Shown piece by piece: positions 21,807-31,477 of a stretch of DNA of 64,000 bases. A program made the translations under genes and the position numbers. Under the pieces are notes generated by a model. It worked only from the letters and a program-made list of their open reading frames with translations, had not been told where the DNA came from and searched no databases. The DNA lies in NCBI GenBank assembly GCA_963775685.1, contig CAVZJV010000014.1, positions 704,001 through 768,000 of the forward strand. Direction: 5' to 3'. This DNA is from Candidatus Bathyarchaeota archaeon. Lineage in GTDB: Archaea; Thermoproteota; Bathyarchaeia; Bathyarchaeales; Bathycorpusculaceae. Position 1 is the first letter of the stretch, and each line of letters opens with the position of its first letter.

Positions 21807-23102
21807 TTAAGAACCTTCATCCACTATTTTTTTTTGTTTTATCTCGCAGGCTTGCTTCAGAAGTACAATCGAGTTCGATGGCAAGTCACGTTCAACCATT
21901 ATGTTAGCTCCCACCCAGGTGTTTGGGCCCACCTTTACGCCTGGTAAAAAAGACGCTTTGATTCCTGTCTTTACAAAATCACCCATCACTACACCCAATT
22001 TGCGCCTGCCCGAATCCACAACCTTATTTTTAATCATCATCTTGATGTTAGCACTGTCGAGACGCAAATTTGCTGTTATAGTGCCCGCGCCTAAGTTACA
22101 TTTTTCCCCCACTATACTGTCGCCCACGTAAGAGAGGTGCCCCACGTGCGTGCCATCCATGATGATGCTATTCTTGATTTCTACAGAGTTTCCCACCCGC
22201 ACTTTTTTGCCAAGGCTGGTTCCTGCTCTAATGTAGCAGTTAGGCCCAACATCGGCTTCTTCATCTATGAAGGCAGGTCCTTCGATGTAAGCGCCCGAGC
22301 GAACTCGCGCGGACTCAGCAACCGAGACGGGACCTATCAGGTGAGCGCCTTGCTCGACGGTGCCTAAAACTTTGTAGTCTATTCGTTTGAGTGCCCAATT
22401 GTTGGCTTCAAGCAGATCCCAAGGTCTGCCCACATCGAACCAGTCATCCTTTGAGAGTTGGGATGATAGAACCGTTTTGCCCTCCTCAGCGAGCATGGTT
22501 ATGGCGTCGGTGAGTTCCCATTCGCCTCGGATCGAAGCTTTGGTTTGTTTTATTTTATCGAAGACATCTTTTGAGAACGCGTAAATTCCTGCGTTGGCTA
22601 GGTTGGAGGGTGCTTTTCCAGCGGTAGGTTTCTCAACTATGCGTTTGACTTTTCCCTCGGGGTTTTGTTCGATTATGCCGTAGTTTTCGGGTCGGTCAAC
22701 GGGGACTACGCCCATGACTGCAGCTGTTTTTCCCTTCTTGAAGTGGGACAAAACCTGTTTAAAGGCATCTTGGCCAAATAGCAAGTCGCCATAAATCAAA
22801 ACGAAGTCACCGTCTACGTATGGTTCAGCAACTTCTGCGGCGTTTCCAGTGCCCAAAATCGCTTTCTGCTCAACATAAATTAACTTTAAGCCAAGTCCTC
22901 CATCATCACCAAAATAGCTGCGGATAGCCTCGCTCATGTAGTGGGTAACTACGATTGCCTCATTTATCCCCGCCCTCTTTACAGCTTCTAAGCAGAATTG
23001 GAGAATGGGTTTTCCGCCGACCTTTATTAGGTGTTTGGGGCGCGATGCAGTTATAGGCATGAGCCTTTCGCCGACGCCTGCCGCTAAGAGTACAGCTTTC
23101 AT
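21807..23102 (-). CDS. glmU: Bifunctional sugar-1-phosphate nucleotidyltransferase/acetyltransferase (GlmU-like)
   Basis: LAAGVGERLMPITASRPK, RGEWELTDA, hexapeptide repeats, HLSYVGDS. Confidence 0.9.
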   Translation of the reverse strand: MKAVLLAAGVGERLMPITASRPKHLIKVGGKPILQFCLEAVKRAGINEAIVVTHYMSEAIRSYFGDDGGLGLKLIYVEQKAILGTGNAAEVAEPYVDGDFVLIYGDLLFGQDAFKQVLSHFKKGKTAAVMGVVPVDRPENYGIIEQNPEGKVKRIVEKPTAGKAPSNLANAGIYAFSKDVFDKIKQTKASIRGEWELTDAITMLAEEGKTVLSSQLSKDDWFDVGRPWDLLEANNWALKRIDYKVLGTVEQGAHLIGPVSVAESARVRSGAYIEGPAFIDEEADVGPNCYIRAGTSLGKKVRVGNSVEIKNSIIMDGTHVGHLSYVGDSIVGEKCNLGAGTITANLRLDSANIKMMIKNKVVDSGRRKLGVVMGDFVKTGIKASFLPGVKVGPNTWVGANIMVERDLPSNSIVLLKQACEIKQKKIVDEGS

Positions 23103-24460
23103 TTCGGGTTTGCCTCGATTTGTTTTAGTATTAGTGCTGTTGCTTTTGCCGTTATATTTTTTGCCGCCTCGTTGGATTCGCCTTCAACAGTTAGACGGAT
23201 GAGGGGTTCGGTACCTGATGCGCGGACAAGCAGCCAGCCGCTTTTTAGAGCCAATCTTGCTCCGTCGACAGTTAAGAAATTGGCATAGGCTGGGAACGAT
23301 CCTTTCAAGGCACTACCGAGCTGTTCAACTAACAGATATTTCTGCTCGTTTCTACATGTAAAGTTTACTCGCTCAGTTACGTACTGGGGTACTTCACCGA
23401 TAAACTGGGAAACAGATTTTACTTCTTCTTCAAGCGCCGCCAAAAAAAGTACAGTGGAAAGAAGACCATCAGGACAAAAATGAAATTGCGGGTGCACCCA
23501 AGCACCACATGGTTCCCCTCCGAAAACTGCTCCTTCTCGTTTTATAGCTTCAGAAACGTAAATATCCCCGACTTTGGTGCGCACGACTTTGCCACCATAT
23601 TTTTGTGACATCGTTTCCACGCACATTGATGCTTCAATGGTGGTTACGATGGTTCCACCTTTCTTGCGTTTTAACACAAAGGCACCGTAAGCTGCTAAAG
23701 AACGGTCAAAATTCACAAAAACACCCTTTTCATCAACGAATGCGACCCGGTCAGCGTCGCCGTCAAATGCTATGCCAATGTCGGCGCCAAGAGCTTTGAC
23801 GGTTTGTGATAGGTCATGGAGGGATTCGGCGTTGGGTTCGGATTTTCTTGCTGGAAAATGCCCGTCCGCTTGGCTGTTTAGGGCAGTAACTTTGCAGCCC
23901 AACTCTTTTAGTATCTGTGGTGCAACTTTGAAGGCGGCACCGCATCCGGGGTCCACCACGACGTGCCATTGTTTTTTGAGGGTGACCGCTTTTTTCACCA
24001 TATCCAAATAAATTAGCGTTGCATCAACAGGAGTGGTTTTGCCAAGGCTGCGCCAATCCGCCAAATTGAAACTGCCATCAGAAACGATTTTCTCAACAGC
24101 GTCTTGGTCGAAGTCGGTGTAGGATAGATCAGCCTTGAAGACTTTTATGCCATTGTACGGAGCGGGGTTATGTGAGGCGGTAAGCATGAACCCTGCGTCG
24201 GCGCACAAGGCTTTTGCCGCGTAAGCCAAAACAGGGGTGGGAACTATACCCACTAGCAAGACGTCTGCGCCTGTGGAAACCAAGCCCGAAACCAAGGCAT
24301 CCTGGATCATGCATCCTGAAACCCGGGTATCGCGGGCAACTATGGCTATTTTTGCTTTTGAATGAGTCACGACAGCTGAAGCAACTTTACATGCTAAGAT
24401 GGGGGTTAAGTCGACGTTTGTAAGTCCTCTAACGCCTGAGCTTCCGAAGAGTTTAGCCAT
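23099..24460 (-). CDS. glmM: Phosphoglucosamine mutase / phosphohexomutase
   Basis: LFGSSGVRG, TASHNP, DGDADR, RASGTEP. Confidence 0.88.
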   Translation of the reverse strand: MAKLFGSSGVRGLTNVDLTPILACKVASAVVTHSKAKIAIVARDTRVSGCMIQDALVSGLVSTGADVLLVGIVPTPVLAYAAKALCADAGFMLTASHNPAPYNGIKVFKADLSYTDFDQDAVEKIVSDGSFNLADWRSLGKTTPVDATLIYLDMVKKAVTLKKQWHVVVDPGCGAAFKVAPQILKELGCKVTALNSQADGHFPARKSEPNAESLHDLSQTVKALGADIGIAFDGDADRVAFVDEKGVFVNFDRSLAAYGAFVLKRKKGGTIVTTIEASMCVETMSQKYGGKVVRTKVGDIYVSEAIKREGAVFGGEPCGAWVHPQFHFCPDGLLSTVLFLAALEEEVKSVSQFIGEVPQYVTERVNFTCRNEQKYLLVEQLGSALKGSFPAYANFLTVDGARLALKSGWLLVRASGTEPLIRLTVEGESNEAAKNITAKATALILKQIEANPK

Positions 24461-24492
24461 TAATCATCACCCTGTCATTGCATGGTAGTGTG

Positions 24493-25608
24493 TTAGGTTG
24501 GCTTAAAAAAGAATTTGGCACTCACCTGGTGGTGTGTTCTTAGGAAACCTACAAGTCTCTCTTTGGTCGGATGCAATCCTTCGAGATCTGAAAGATAGCA
24601 GGCAGCGATCGCATTCGCTAACATCAGACGGCACTCATCTGAGAGCCCATTATGATCGCCTAAGATATTGCCTGCACACCAAGAATCCCCAGCACCCGTA
24701 GCTCGCAACGCGTTAACTTCGAACGAAGGAACAACAACCTCTCTTTTGTCTCTCAGCGTGGCAGAGAAAGCCCGGGTGTGTAAATCGATTCTTGTGGACA
24801 ACCGCTTGGCTAAAACCCTTGCCGCCTCCATCGCCAACTCCGCAATCCCAAAGCGTCCTTTCTTCTCCTTTAAGCTTTCATCGAACAGGGTTGCGTATGT
24901 TATAGCTTCATTTTCGTTTAAGCTCAAGATGTCGACTTTGTCAGTTTTGAGAACCTTTTCTATCAAATTAGGAATTTCCTTGGTTTTTGGCGTTGGGTCT
25001 GCCGTATCGTAGTAAGTTTTGCTTTTGCCGGATCGTTTTGCCCTCTCAAAAACAGCCTGAGCCAACGAAGTGCCAAACTTCAAAGTTCCAGCCCAATTAA
25101 AGAGGCAAGCATAATCGGCATCTTCGATCAACTCATAATCACTTTTGTCAAGGTTTGCTGGTCCAAAATTAGCCAATGCGCCCAAATCGCGGAGCATAAT
25201 GTTTGTTTTTTCGCTCTGGTTTTTGAATTCCAAGGAGGTTGTTACTGAGGCTTGGCCAAGTAATTTTACGTGTATGGTGTCAATTGGGTTATTTCTAAAA
25301 TGGTATTTGATTAGTTGTAAGCCAAATTCGCTTGTACAAACAATAGGCGTGACCTTGGCGCCTAAGCTAGCTAAGGCTGACGCGACGTTGATGGCATTTC
25401 CTCCCCGCAGATCTGTTTGGGGTATTCCATCTAAACTGCCCCCACTCTTTTTAGCAACCTCCCCAATCAACTCCGAAAACTCGGCAGCATCCCACTCCAA
25501 ATTTACAAGTCTATCGAGGAAAAAATCTGGCAGAACCACAACGTTGACTTCTCTAAATTTTTCTTCCAGGAAGCTTAAAAGTTCTTTTTTACATTCCGAT
25601 GACGTCAT
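24493..25608 (-). CDS. PfkB-family carbohydrate kinase
   Basis: GGNAINVA, LNENEA, ATGAGDSW. Confidence 0.85.
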   Translation of the reverse strand: MTSSECKKELLSFLEEKFREVNVVVLPDFFLDRLVNLEWDAAEFSELIGEVAKKSGGSLDGIPQTDLRGGNAINVASALASLGAKVTPIVCTSEFGLQLIKYHFRNNPIDTIHVKLLGQASVTTSLEFKNQSEKTNIMLRDLGALANFGPANLDKSDYELIEDADYACLFNWAGTLKFGTSLAQAVFERAKRSGKSKTYYDTADPTPKTKEIPNLIEKVLKTDKVDILSLNENEAITYATLFDESLKEKKGRFGIAELAMEAARVLAKRLSTRIDLHTRAFSATLRDKREVVVPSFEVNALRATGAGDSWCAGNILGDHNGLSDECRLMLANAIAACYLSDLEGLHPTKERLVGFLRTHHQVSAKFFFKPT

Positions 25609-25700
25609 CCGAGGACTCCTATAAGTGTATTTTCCAAAAAGCTAAAATAACCTTTTGATTTAAAATATGAATTCATAATACTTGGAAGGAGCAGGAGATT

Positions 25701-25928
25701 ATGAAGTTTAAAACAGAAGTTAGCTTACTATTGATAGCCATTACGTTGTTTGCGGTAGCAATGTTCTTCTATTCATATCAAGGCACAGGTGGCGAGAATT
25801 CAGCTTTAAGCATCAGCTTAGCTTATCCATATCGAGGAATTGCCCTTGCATTCGTGGGTTTTGGCTCAGTCTCTATGGTTACGGCTTCGATTTCATATTC
25901 TAAACGTAGCAAAAACATCCTACCATAG
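25701..25928 (+). CDS. Small two-TM membrane protein
   Basis: Strong AGGAG RBS, two hydrophobic segments. Confidence 0.65.
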   Translation: MKFKTEVSLLLIAITLFAVAMFFYSYQGTGGENSALSISLAYPYRGIALAFVGFGSVSMVTASISYSKRSKNILP

Positions 25929-25939
25929 AGTTTTTATTT

Positions 25940-26761
25940 TTAGGCGCCTAGAACAAGCCTGACCAGCAGCCACACAAAATCCCCAAACGACAGCGCAACA
26001 ATTAAGCCTAATGTAACAAAAATTAACATGGGCAAACCAGGTGTGGCCCAAACGTAAGTGTCGATTTTGCTTTCCTCAGAAGCTTTCGAGAGACGTTCAA
26101 GAATTTTTTCTCGACCTTCATCATGGGGCACGATGACTAATGTACGTTTTAGGTTAATGAATTGTTCATTTACGTCCTCCATGGGAAAAATATGCCATTT
26201 TGCTTTCACCTTGGAAATGCTCATCTTGTAACCTGTTATGAGAACAAGAAGCTTCTTGCCTAGGGATTCGGAACCGAGGGTTCCTGGGAACATCTGGGCT
26301 TTTGTTTTTTTATGCCATACCATGTTACGAAATATCATGTAAATACCGCTTGCAGCGGCAAACAAGACTGCGTTACCAAAGATAGTTATGGGAAATATGA
26401 TTTGAGAAGTCGGTGATATTCCTCCTGCCAGAATTGGCGAGAGCAAAGTTATTGGCGCAAAGGGGAGGGCAAGGGCGATGCACATGAGGGCTTTTGAGTC
26501 TGCTCCGCCAAAGCCTCCGGCGTAGAATAGCAGAAGTGCAATCCCTGCGGTTACGCCAAAGCTTAAGGCGTAGAAGGGAAGCTGGGCAGGTTCAAAAAGA
26601 AGTAGTTCAGATAACGTTAGCATGAGTGCTATAGGCGCGTAAATCGCCCAAACGCGGTTACTGACTTCGCGGGTTTTATAGTCGCTCCATGAAGAATATA
26701 ACAGGACACCTAAAGAAACCAGTATGCTTGCCCCGATGAGGGCGGCTTGTAGTGTTTGAAT
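25940..26761 (-). CDS. pibD: Prepilin/preflagellin peptidase (A24, PibD/FlaK-like), apparent ATT start
   Basis: GGFGGAD second catalytic Asp, C-terminal WATPGLPML; first catalytic motif SWSDYKTREV lies in frame upstream of the ORF-track start (26623). Confidence 0.88.
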   Translation of the reverse strand: MQTLQAALIGASILVSLGVLLYSSWSDYKTREVSNRVWAIYAPIALMLTLSELLLFEPAQLPFYALSFGVTAGIALLLFYAGGFGGADSKALMCIALALPFAPITLLSPILAGGISPTSQIIFPITIFGNAVLFAAASGIYMIFRNMVWHKKTKAQMFPGTLGSESLGKKLLVLITGYKMSISKVKAKWHIFPMEDVNEQFINLKRTLVIVPHDEGREKILERLSKASEESKIDTYVWATPGLPMLIFVTLGLIVALSFGDFVWLLVRLVLGA

Positions 26762-26856
26762 GTTTGAGCACCTTTGACATTATTGGGTAGCTTGTTGATA
26801 TCTAGGCTAATAAGAGTTTGTCGGTAATTATTTCATCGCACAATGACACCAAAAAT

Positions 26857-29800
26857 TTAGTTTTTGGCTATAACCGAAATCGTGGGTGGGTACTCAGATA
26901 AAAGCCATAGCCCCATCGGCGTGGTTCCATCGTACAGATTGCAAACTGGCGTGTTTCCGTCAAACGTCGCGACGGCACCCTGCCAGGTAATGTCATAAGC
27001 GTAAGTGAATTGAACCTGCGCTTGACTAACAGGCAATAACTCAATCAGGTCACTGCTGGCTTTTATGGCGCCCTTTGAGGTGCTTGCAGAGAAAGAGTCA
27101 AACGCGTATACCTTTTGGTTGTTTGTGTCTGTGTAGATTATACCGACGCCTTTTCCACTGTCAGATATTAACTGGCTGAAATGATGCGCTGTCCAATTGC
27201 CGAAGGAATAATTGGAAAATGTTCCCGTGCCATTCTGGACTATTGGGAAGCCGCCGAGGGTTCCATTTTCAGTTTGAATTTGAGTTGGATTCGCATTTGT
27301 TGAAACTCTTACTGGGCAAAGGTCTGATAAGGCTCTGGCTCTTGAACCTGAGTCTATGAACATGGTTCTTAATCTGTAAGTGTAGTAGGTAACGTTTGCT
27401 GGCAGTGATATTATGATATTTGTATAGGTGTTGGGGCAATTTGGGATTCCTCCTGAAAATTCGGCTTCTCCAAGCACAATATCTCGAACAACTCCTCCAG
27501 TTATGACATACGATAATTCAGGGTCAGTATTGTCTTGAGTATTGTTGATGCGCATCAAATTTGATGTGCTCACAACATCTCCAACGGTTGAAGTTAAGAC
27601 AAAGCCAGTTGTTCCAAACTGCAGTTTTAGTTTGCCGTTGTTTAATGTTTGGCTGCTAGGGTTATCGGTGAAATATTGGTTTTTGTATGCTAATGGAGTT
27701 TGACTTGCTGAGTCGCTTCCATCCCACCAAACAGTGAAGTCGGTAACTTGGCTAGTTAAGAGAAAAACAATCATCTGTCGGTTACCAAAGACGGTGGTGT
27801 TGCTGGTTAACCCCAAAGGAATCTGGTAGCTAGATGCCCAATCCTCAATTTGGAAAGGAACCGCCTGATTTACGCCGTTTATAGTTTGGTTTACATGAAT
27901 TGCTTTTACAGGGACAGGAGGAATCGGCAGGGTTTGGGTACTGTTTTGTAGGTTTTGGCCTAGCCAACGCATGGTGCCGTTCTGCAAGGTTTCAAGAGTC
28001 ACGGTTGACTGCTGCAAGTTAAGAAGAAAACTAACATCGGGTTCATCTTTTAAGAAAACTGCATCAATGTTCCAGCCATCCTGTGTGGAGTCTGAGACCT
28101 CATTGCTTCCAACAAAACGTATCGTAAGGGTTGATGAATCTATGTACTGCGCAAGTGAAACATTGTTGAAATAGTTGGGCATGAGCGCCGTTAGGTTCTG
28201 CCATGACCCCCCATACAATACCTGCACCAAAAGAGTCTCGGAGCCGGCGGCACCACCTGTTTTGATGCATAAGTCCTGACGAATGTTTGTTGCATTAACC
28301 CCTAACCATTGCTCCTGAAGATTCAACGCATAGTTAGTAACATCTGGACTATACTGTACAAAGTCCAAGTTGAGGTTAAAGGGGATTGAAGTGGATTTGA
28401 CAGCAGTAACCATTATTTTCCAGTATCCGCTACCATTTAGAAAAATTGCAGAGTTGGCGATTATTGCTTGGGGCTTGGTCTGGTCGCCTGTTCCCAATGT
28501 AACTGCCATAAACCCGTCTCCACTTGTAGAATATTGCCCTGTTGCAGCATTGTAAAGCTGGAAGGTCGCGGCTACCCCAGCTGTGGAAGTTGAACTATCC
28601 AGTGTCCAAACAAGATTATTCCAAGGCAAGGGGGCGCTAGAATTTCCAGTGAACTCAACTTTTGCAGAATATTGACTTATGATTTTATACGAGCAGTAAA
28701 TGCTGTATTTATTATTATCATGGTAAAAATTTACTGAACTTGGCCAATTATCACCATAATTTTGATTTGTTCGATAATGGCCTTGATTGCTTGAGCCAGG
28801 ATTATAACGCATTGAAACACTTACGTGGGAGACGGAGTCAGACCAAGCTACAAGATTATAATTTGTGTTTGCCGACAATACTGGTTTGGGGTCAGCGAAG
28901 TTGAAAGTGTACCAACCGCTTGATGAAATAGTTTTTTCTTCTGAGCTAGCGATAAAATCGTTAGATTCAGAATAAATTGCTGTTTTAACCCGTACACTTA
29001 CAGCGCTCGATAAATACAAATAAACTGATATGTTTTGAAGCTGACCGTTGACTGGCATGTTAAACAATGAACCCCTTATGGTATCTTCAATGCTTTGAGT
29101 ATATGAGCCAACGTTTGAGTAACCTAGAGTGTCTGATCCAGAAAATGTTGAGGGACAACTATGAAAACTCAAGTATGCATTGTCGTTGGCTTGCAGGTCG
29201 TTTAATGTTCCACTGGCAAATGTGGTTGAACCTAAGAGACTGTAACTTGTTGGGTAGCTCGGTACAAGTGTGGTTCCTGAGGCTGCTTCCGTCAAATTGT
29301 CGTAGATGCCGTCTGGTCCAAATTGTTGAGCGGTGAAGTTGCTATGAGCTCCACGTGCGTCGGTGTTGTTTATATCGACATAATCGAAGTTGGTTTGGAA
29401 CAGGCTTGAGTTCCAGTTGAGTTTTGTTGAAAATTGGCTGTAGGATGCAGCAAGAACCATAAGTCCACGGGTGTCTTCTATTTGGATAACGTAGGAGTCG
29501 TCCGCTATTCCAGATGGAAGATCAAGCACGTATGTTCCGTCAGCGTAAGACGCAACATTGGCTGGTTCAACTGTTTTCCAATCAGAAATATTATATTCGT
29601 AACGTAAAAATTTCAAGTTACTTTTTCCCAAATTAATCAGCGGTTGACTGTCATCCATAAGAATTTTTAGTTGACCTTGTCCAGTTTGGTTTGCTTTCGA
29701 TATCTCGGCCTCTAGGCGGGTTGAAGTGTTGTAACCAATACCGTTTATGCCTAAACCTGCCAAATTGTAGGCGACAGCCATACTTCCTTGGCTGTAGCTT

Positions 29801-30153
29801 TTGTTTGAAAACCAATTGGTTGTAAGGCTTAAGCTGGTCAAGTTTACAGATGCCCCCCATTCGGGCCTGACATCGCCTGTTTGGTCTAAGCCACTTTGCA
29901 GGTATTTTGTTGCTAATTCATGAGCGTATGTTTGGTTGCCCGTGACTTTGAGAACTGAGCCATAATAGCCGACTGTGAAACCCAGAATTTCTTTGAGCCC
30001 CAAGTTGGTTTCATCTACAGCGTTTAAAATTTGAGGCTGATCGGTAACGGGATTGTAGCGAATTGAAGCGTAAGTTGCCATGACTGAAGCAACAAGCACT
30101 ACAGCTACCAACAAAGCAGCGATAATTGAAAACTGTCCCTTTTTGTTTAGCAT
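26857..30153 (-). CDS. Large secreted adhesin/minor-pilin-like protein with class III signal peptide
   Basis: MLNKKG/QFSIIAALL leader; 1098 aa, rich in N/S/T/Y with many N-x-S/T sequons. Confidence 0.8.
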   Translation of the reverse strand: MLNKKGQFSIIAALLVAVVLVASVMATYASIRYNPVTDQPQILNAVDETNLGLKEILGFTVGYYGSVLKVTGNQTYAHELATKYLQSGLDQTGDVRPEWGASVNLTSLSLTTNWFSNKSYSQGSMAVAYNLAGLGINGIGYNTSTRLEAEISKANQTGQGQLKILMDDSQPLINLGKSNLKFLRYEYNISDWKTVEPANVASYADGTYVLDLPSGIADDSYVIQIEDTRGLMVLAASYSQFSTKLNWNSSLFQTNFDYVDINNTDARGAHSNFTAQQFGPDGIYDNLTEAASGTTLVPSYPTSYSLLGSTTFASGTLNDLQANDNAYLSFHSCPSTFSGSDTLGYSNVGSYTQSIEDTIRGSLFNMPVNGQLQNISVYLYLSSAVSVRVKTAIYSESNDFIASSEEKTISSSGWYTFNFADPKPVLSANTNYNLVAWSDSVSHVSVSMRYNPGSSNQGHYRTNQNYGDNWPSSVNFYHDNNKYSIYCSYKIISQYSAKVEFTGNSSAPLPWNNLVWTLDSSTSTAGVAATFQLYNAATGQYSTSGDGFMAVTLGTGDQTKPQAIIANSAIFLNGSGYWKIMVTAVKSTSIPFNLNLDFVQYSPDVTNYALNLQEQWLGVNATNIRQDLCIKTGGAAGSETLLVQVLYGGSWQNLTALMPNYFNNVSLAQYIDSSTLTIRFVGSNEVSDSTQDGWNIDAVFLKDEPDVSFLLNLQQSTVTLETLQNGTMRWLGQNLQNSTQTLPIPPVPVKAIHVNQTINGVNQAVPFQIEDWASSYQIPLGLTSNTTVFGNRQMIVFLLTSQVTDFTVWWDGSDSASQTPLAYKNQYFTDNPSSQTLNNGKLKLQFGTTGFVLTSTVGDVVSTSNLMRINNTQDNTDPELSYVITGGVVRDIVLGEAEFSGGIPNCPNTYTNIIISLPANVTYYTYRLRTMFIDSGSRARALSDLCPVRVSTNANPTQIQTENGTLGGFPIVQNGTGTFSNYSFGNWTAHHFSQLISDSGKGVGIIYTDTNNQKVYAFDSFSASTSKGAIKASSDLIELLPVSQAQVQFTYAYDITWQGAVATFDGNTPVCNLYDGTTPMGLWLLSEYPPTISVIAKN

Positions 30154-30154
30154 T

Positions 30155-31477
30155 TTAGTTTTCTCCTGCCAAGCCCAGTTGCAAAACTGCTACACGACTG
30201 GTTCCCGTCGCGTTGTACTCTGAAGCATAGACGCGTGGACGATAATACGAAAGAAGACCCAAACCAGTAACTCGAACGTCAGGCGTTCGAGTTAGTCCTA
30301 AAGCCAAAAAGGAACCTGTAATTGTAGTTGTACCGTGAGTGTAAATAGTACCTGGATAGCAGTTTGATACGGGATTCAGTACATTTATTCCAATTGAAAG
30401 ATGATAAGTGGCAAGTATTGAACTGGAGAGTGCTCTGGTCGAAGTCTGGGATAACGAAGGATAAATTCCATAATAGTTGCAGGCTTCTATGGCAGTTTGG
30501 GTAAGCGTTACCCCTGTTCTAGTAGCGCTATCTGTAACGGCGCTGCCACTAGTACTGTAAGACTGGCTGTCTAGACCTCTGAGGAATGCAATGGAGCCCC
30601 CTCCACCTGTTTGTTGCATTCCATAAATGCCCCAAGTGTTTTGCCCATTTGCAAACGCGACTGTGTTGCTTACGTAGTAGAAGGGGTACCCAACTATGCT
30701 TGACCATGTCCAATTATACAGGTTAACTCTTTGACCTAGGAAATAACTGTAGTAAGCGTAAGAGTTCTGAGAGTAGGGTGCTTGACAGTATTCCGGAGGT
30801 ATCGGCACAGCTTCTCCACAAGTGTTAATGACAACCGCGTTTTGCAGAGTCTCGCCTTGTAATGATATTCCGCCTAATATTTTGGCAAGTTGTGTAGTAT
30901 TCTGCACCATCATTGTATTAACAAAAAATGGCGACAGCAAGTTAAAGAGGTCTTGAGCTAAGGTATGCGCAGTGTAGCCGGTAATCCACCATCCGTTAGA
31001 GTCGCTACAATTTAGGATGTAGAGGGTTCCGCCGTTTTGTTGACCGATTTTTTCAGGAGTAAAATTGAAGGTCACGTTGGAGGAGGCCACTGTGTACGTG
31101 GAGATTTCTGTGGATGATCCTAAGGTTTCAGCGTTTGAGATGCTGGCTCTAAGGTTATAGAGTTTGCCTCCTGCATCTTCTTTCAGCAGGTCGCCTTGGT
31201 TTACATCATAAATTGTTAGGTTGTAGATTACGTTGGGGGGAAGGGAAGCTGAGACTGCAACCTGCAGTTTGTATAAAACCTCAGGATTATCGGTTTCAAA
31301 TACGGCTCTGCTTAAATCATAATTCGAATCCAAAACCTGTAAGGTTGTAAACGATAAACGCTGCAGGTTAATAGGTGAAACTTGGCGGGGAGGCGGCAAA
31401 ACTGTGAAATAAGATGTAGCAATGAACGCGCTGGCAATGATTACTATTACAAACAGAACTTCAATTGTCCGAATCAT
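30155..31477 (-). CDS. Pilin-like secreted protein
   Basis: MIRTIEVLFVIVII hydrophobic N-helix with Glu; abuts neighbouring genes. Confidence 0.7.
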   Translation of the reverse strand: MIRTIEVLFVIVIIASAFIATSYFTVLPPPRQVSPINLQRLSFTTLQVLDSNYDLSRAVFETDNPEVLYKLQVAVSASLPPNVIYNLTIYDVNQGDLLKEDAGGKLYNLRASISNAETLGSSTEISTYTVASSNVTFNFTPEKIGQQNGGTLYILNCSDSNGWWITGYTAHTLAQDLFNLLSPFFVNTMMVQNTTQLAKILGGISLQGETLQNAVVINTCGEAVPIPPEYCQAPYSQNSYAYYSYFLGQRVNLYNWTWSSIVGYPFYYVSNTVAFANGQNTWGIYGMQQTGGGGSIAFLRGLDSQSYSTSGSAVTDSATRTGVTLTQTAIEACNYYGIYPSLSQTSTRALSSSILATYHLSIGINVLNPVSNCYPGTIYTHGTTTITGSFLALGLTRTPDVRVTGLGLLSYYRPRVYASEYNATGTSRVAVLQLGLAGEN

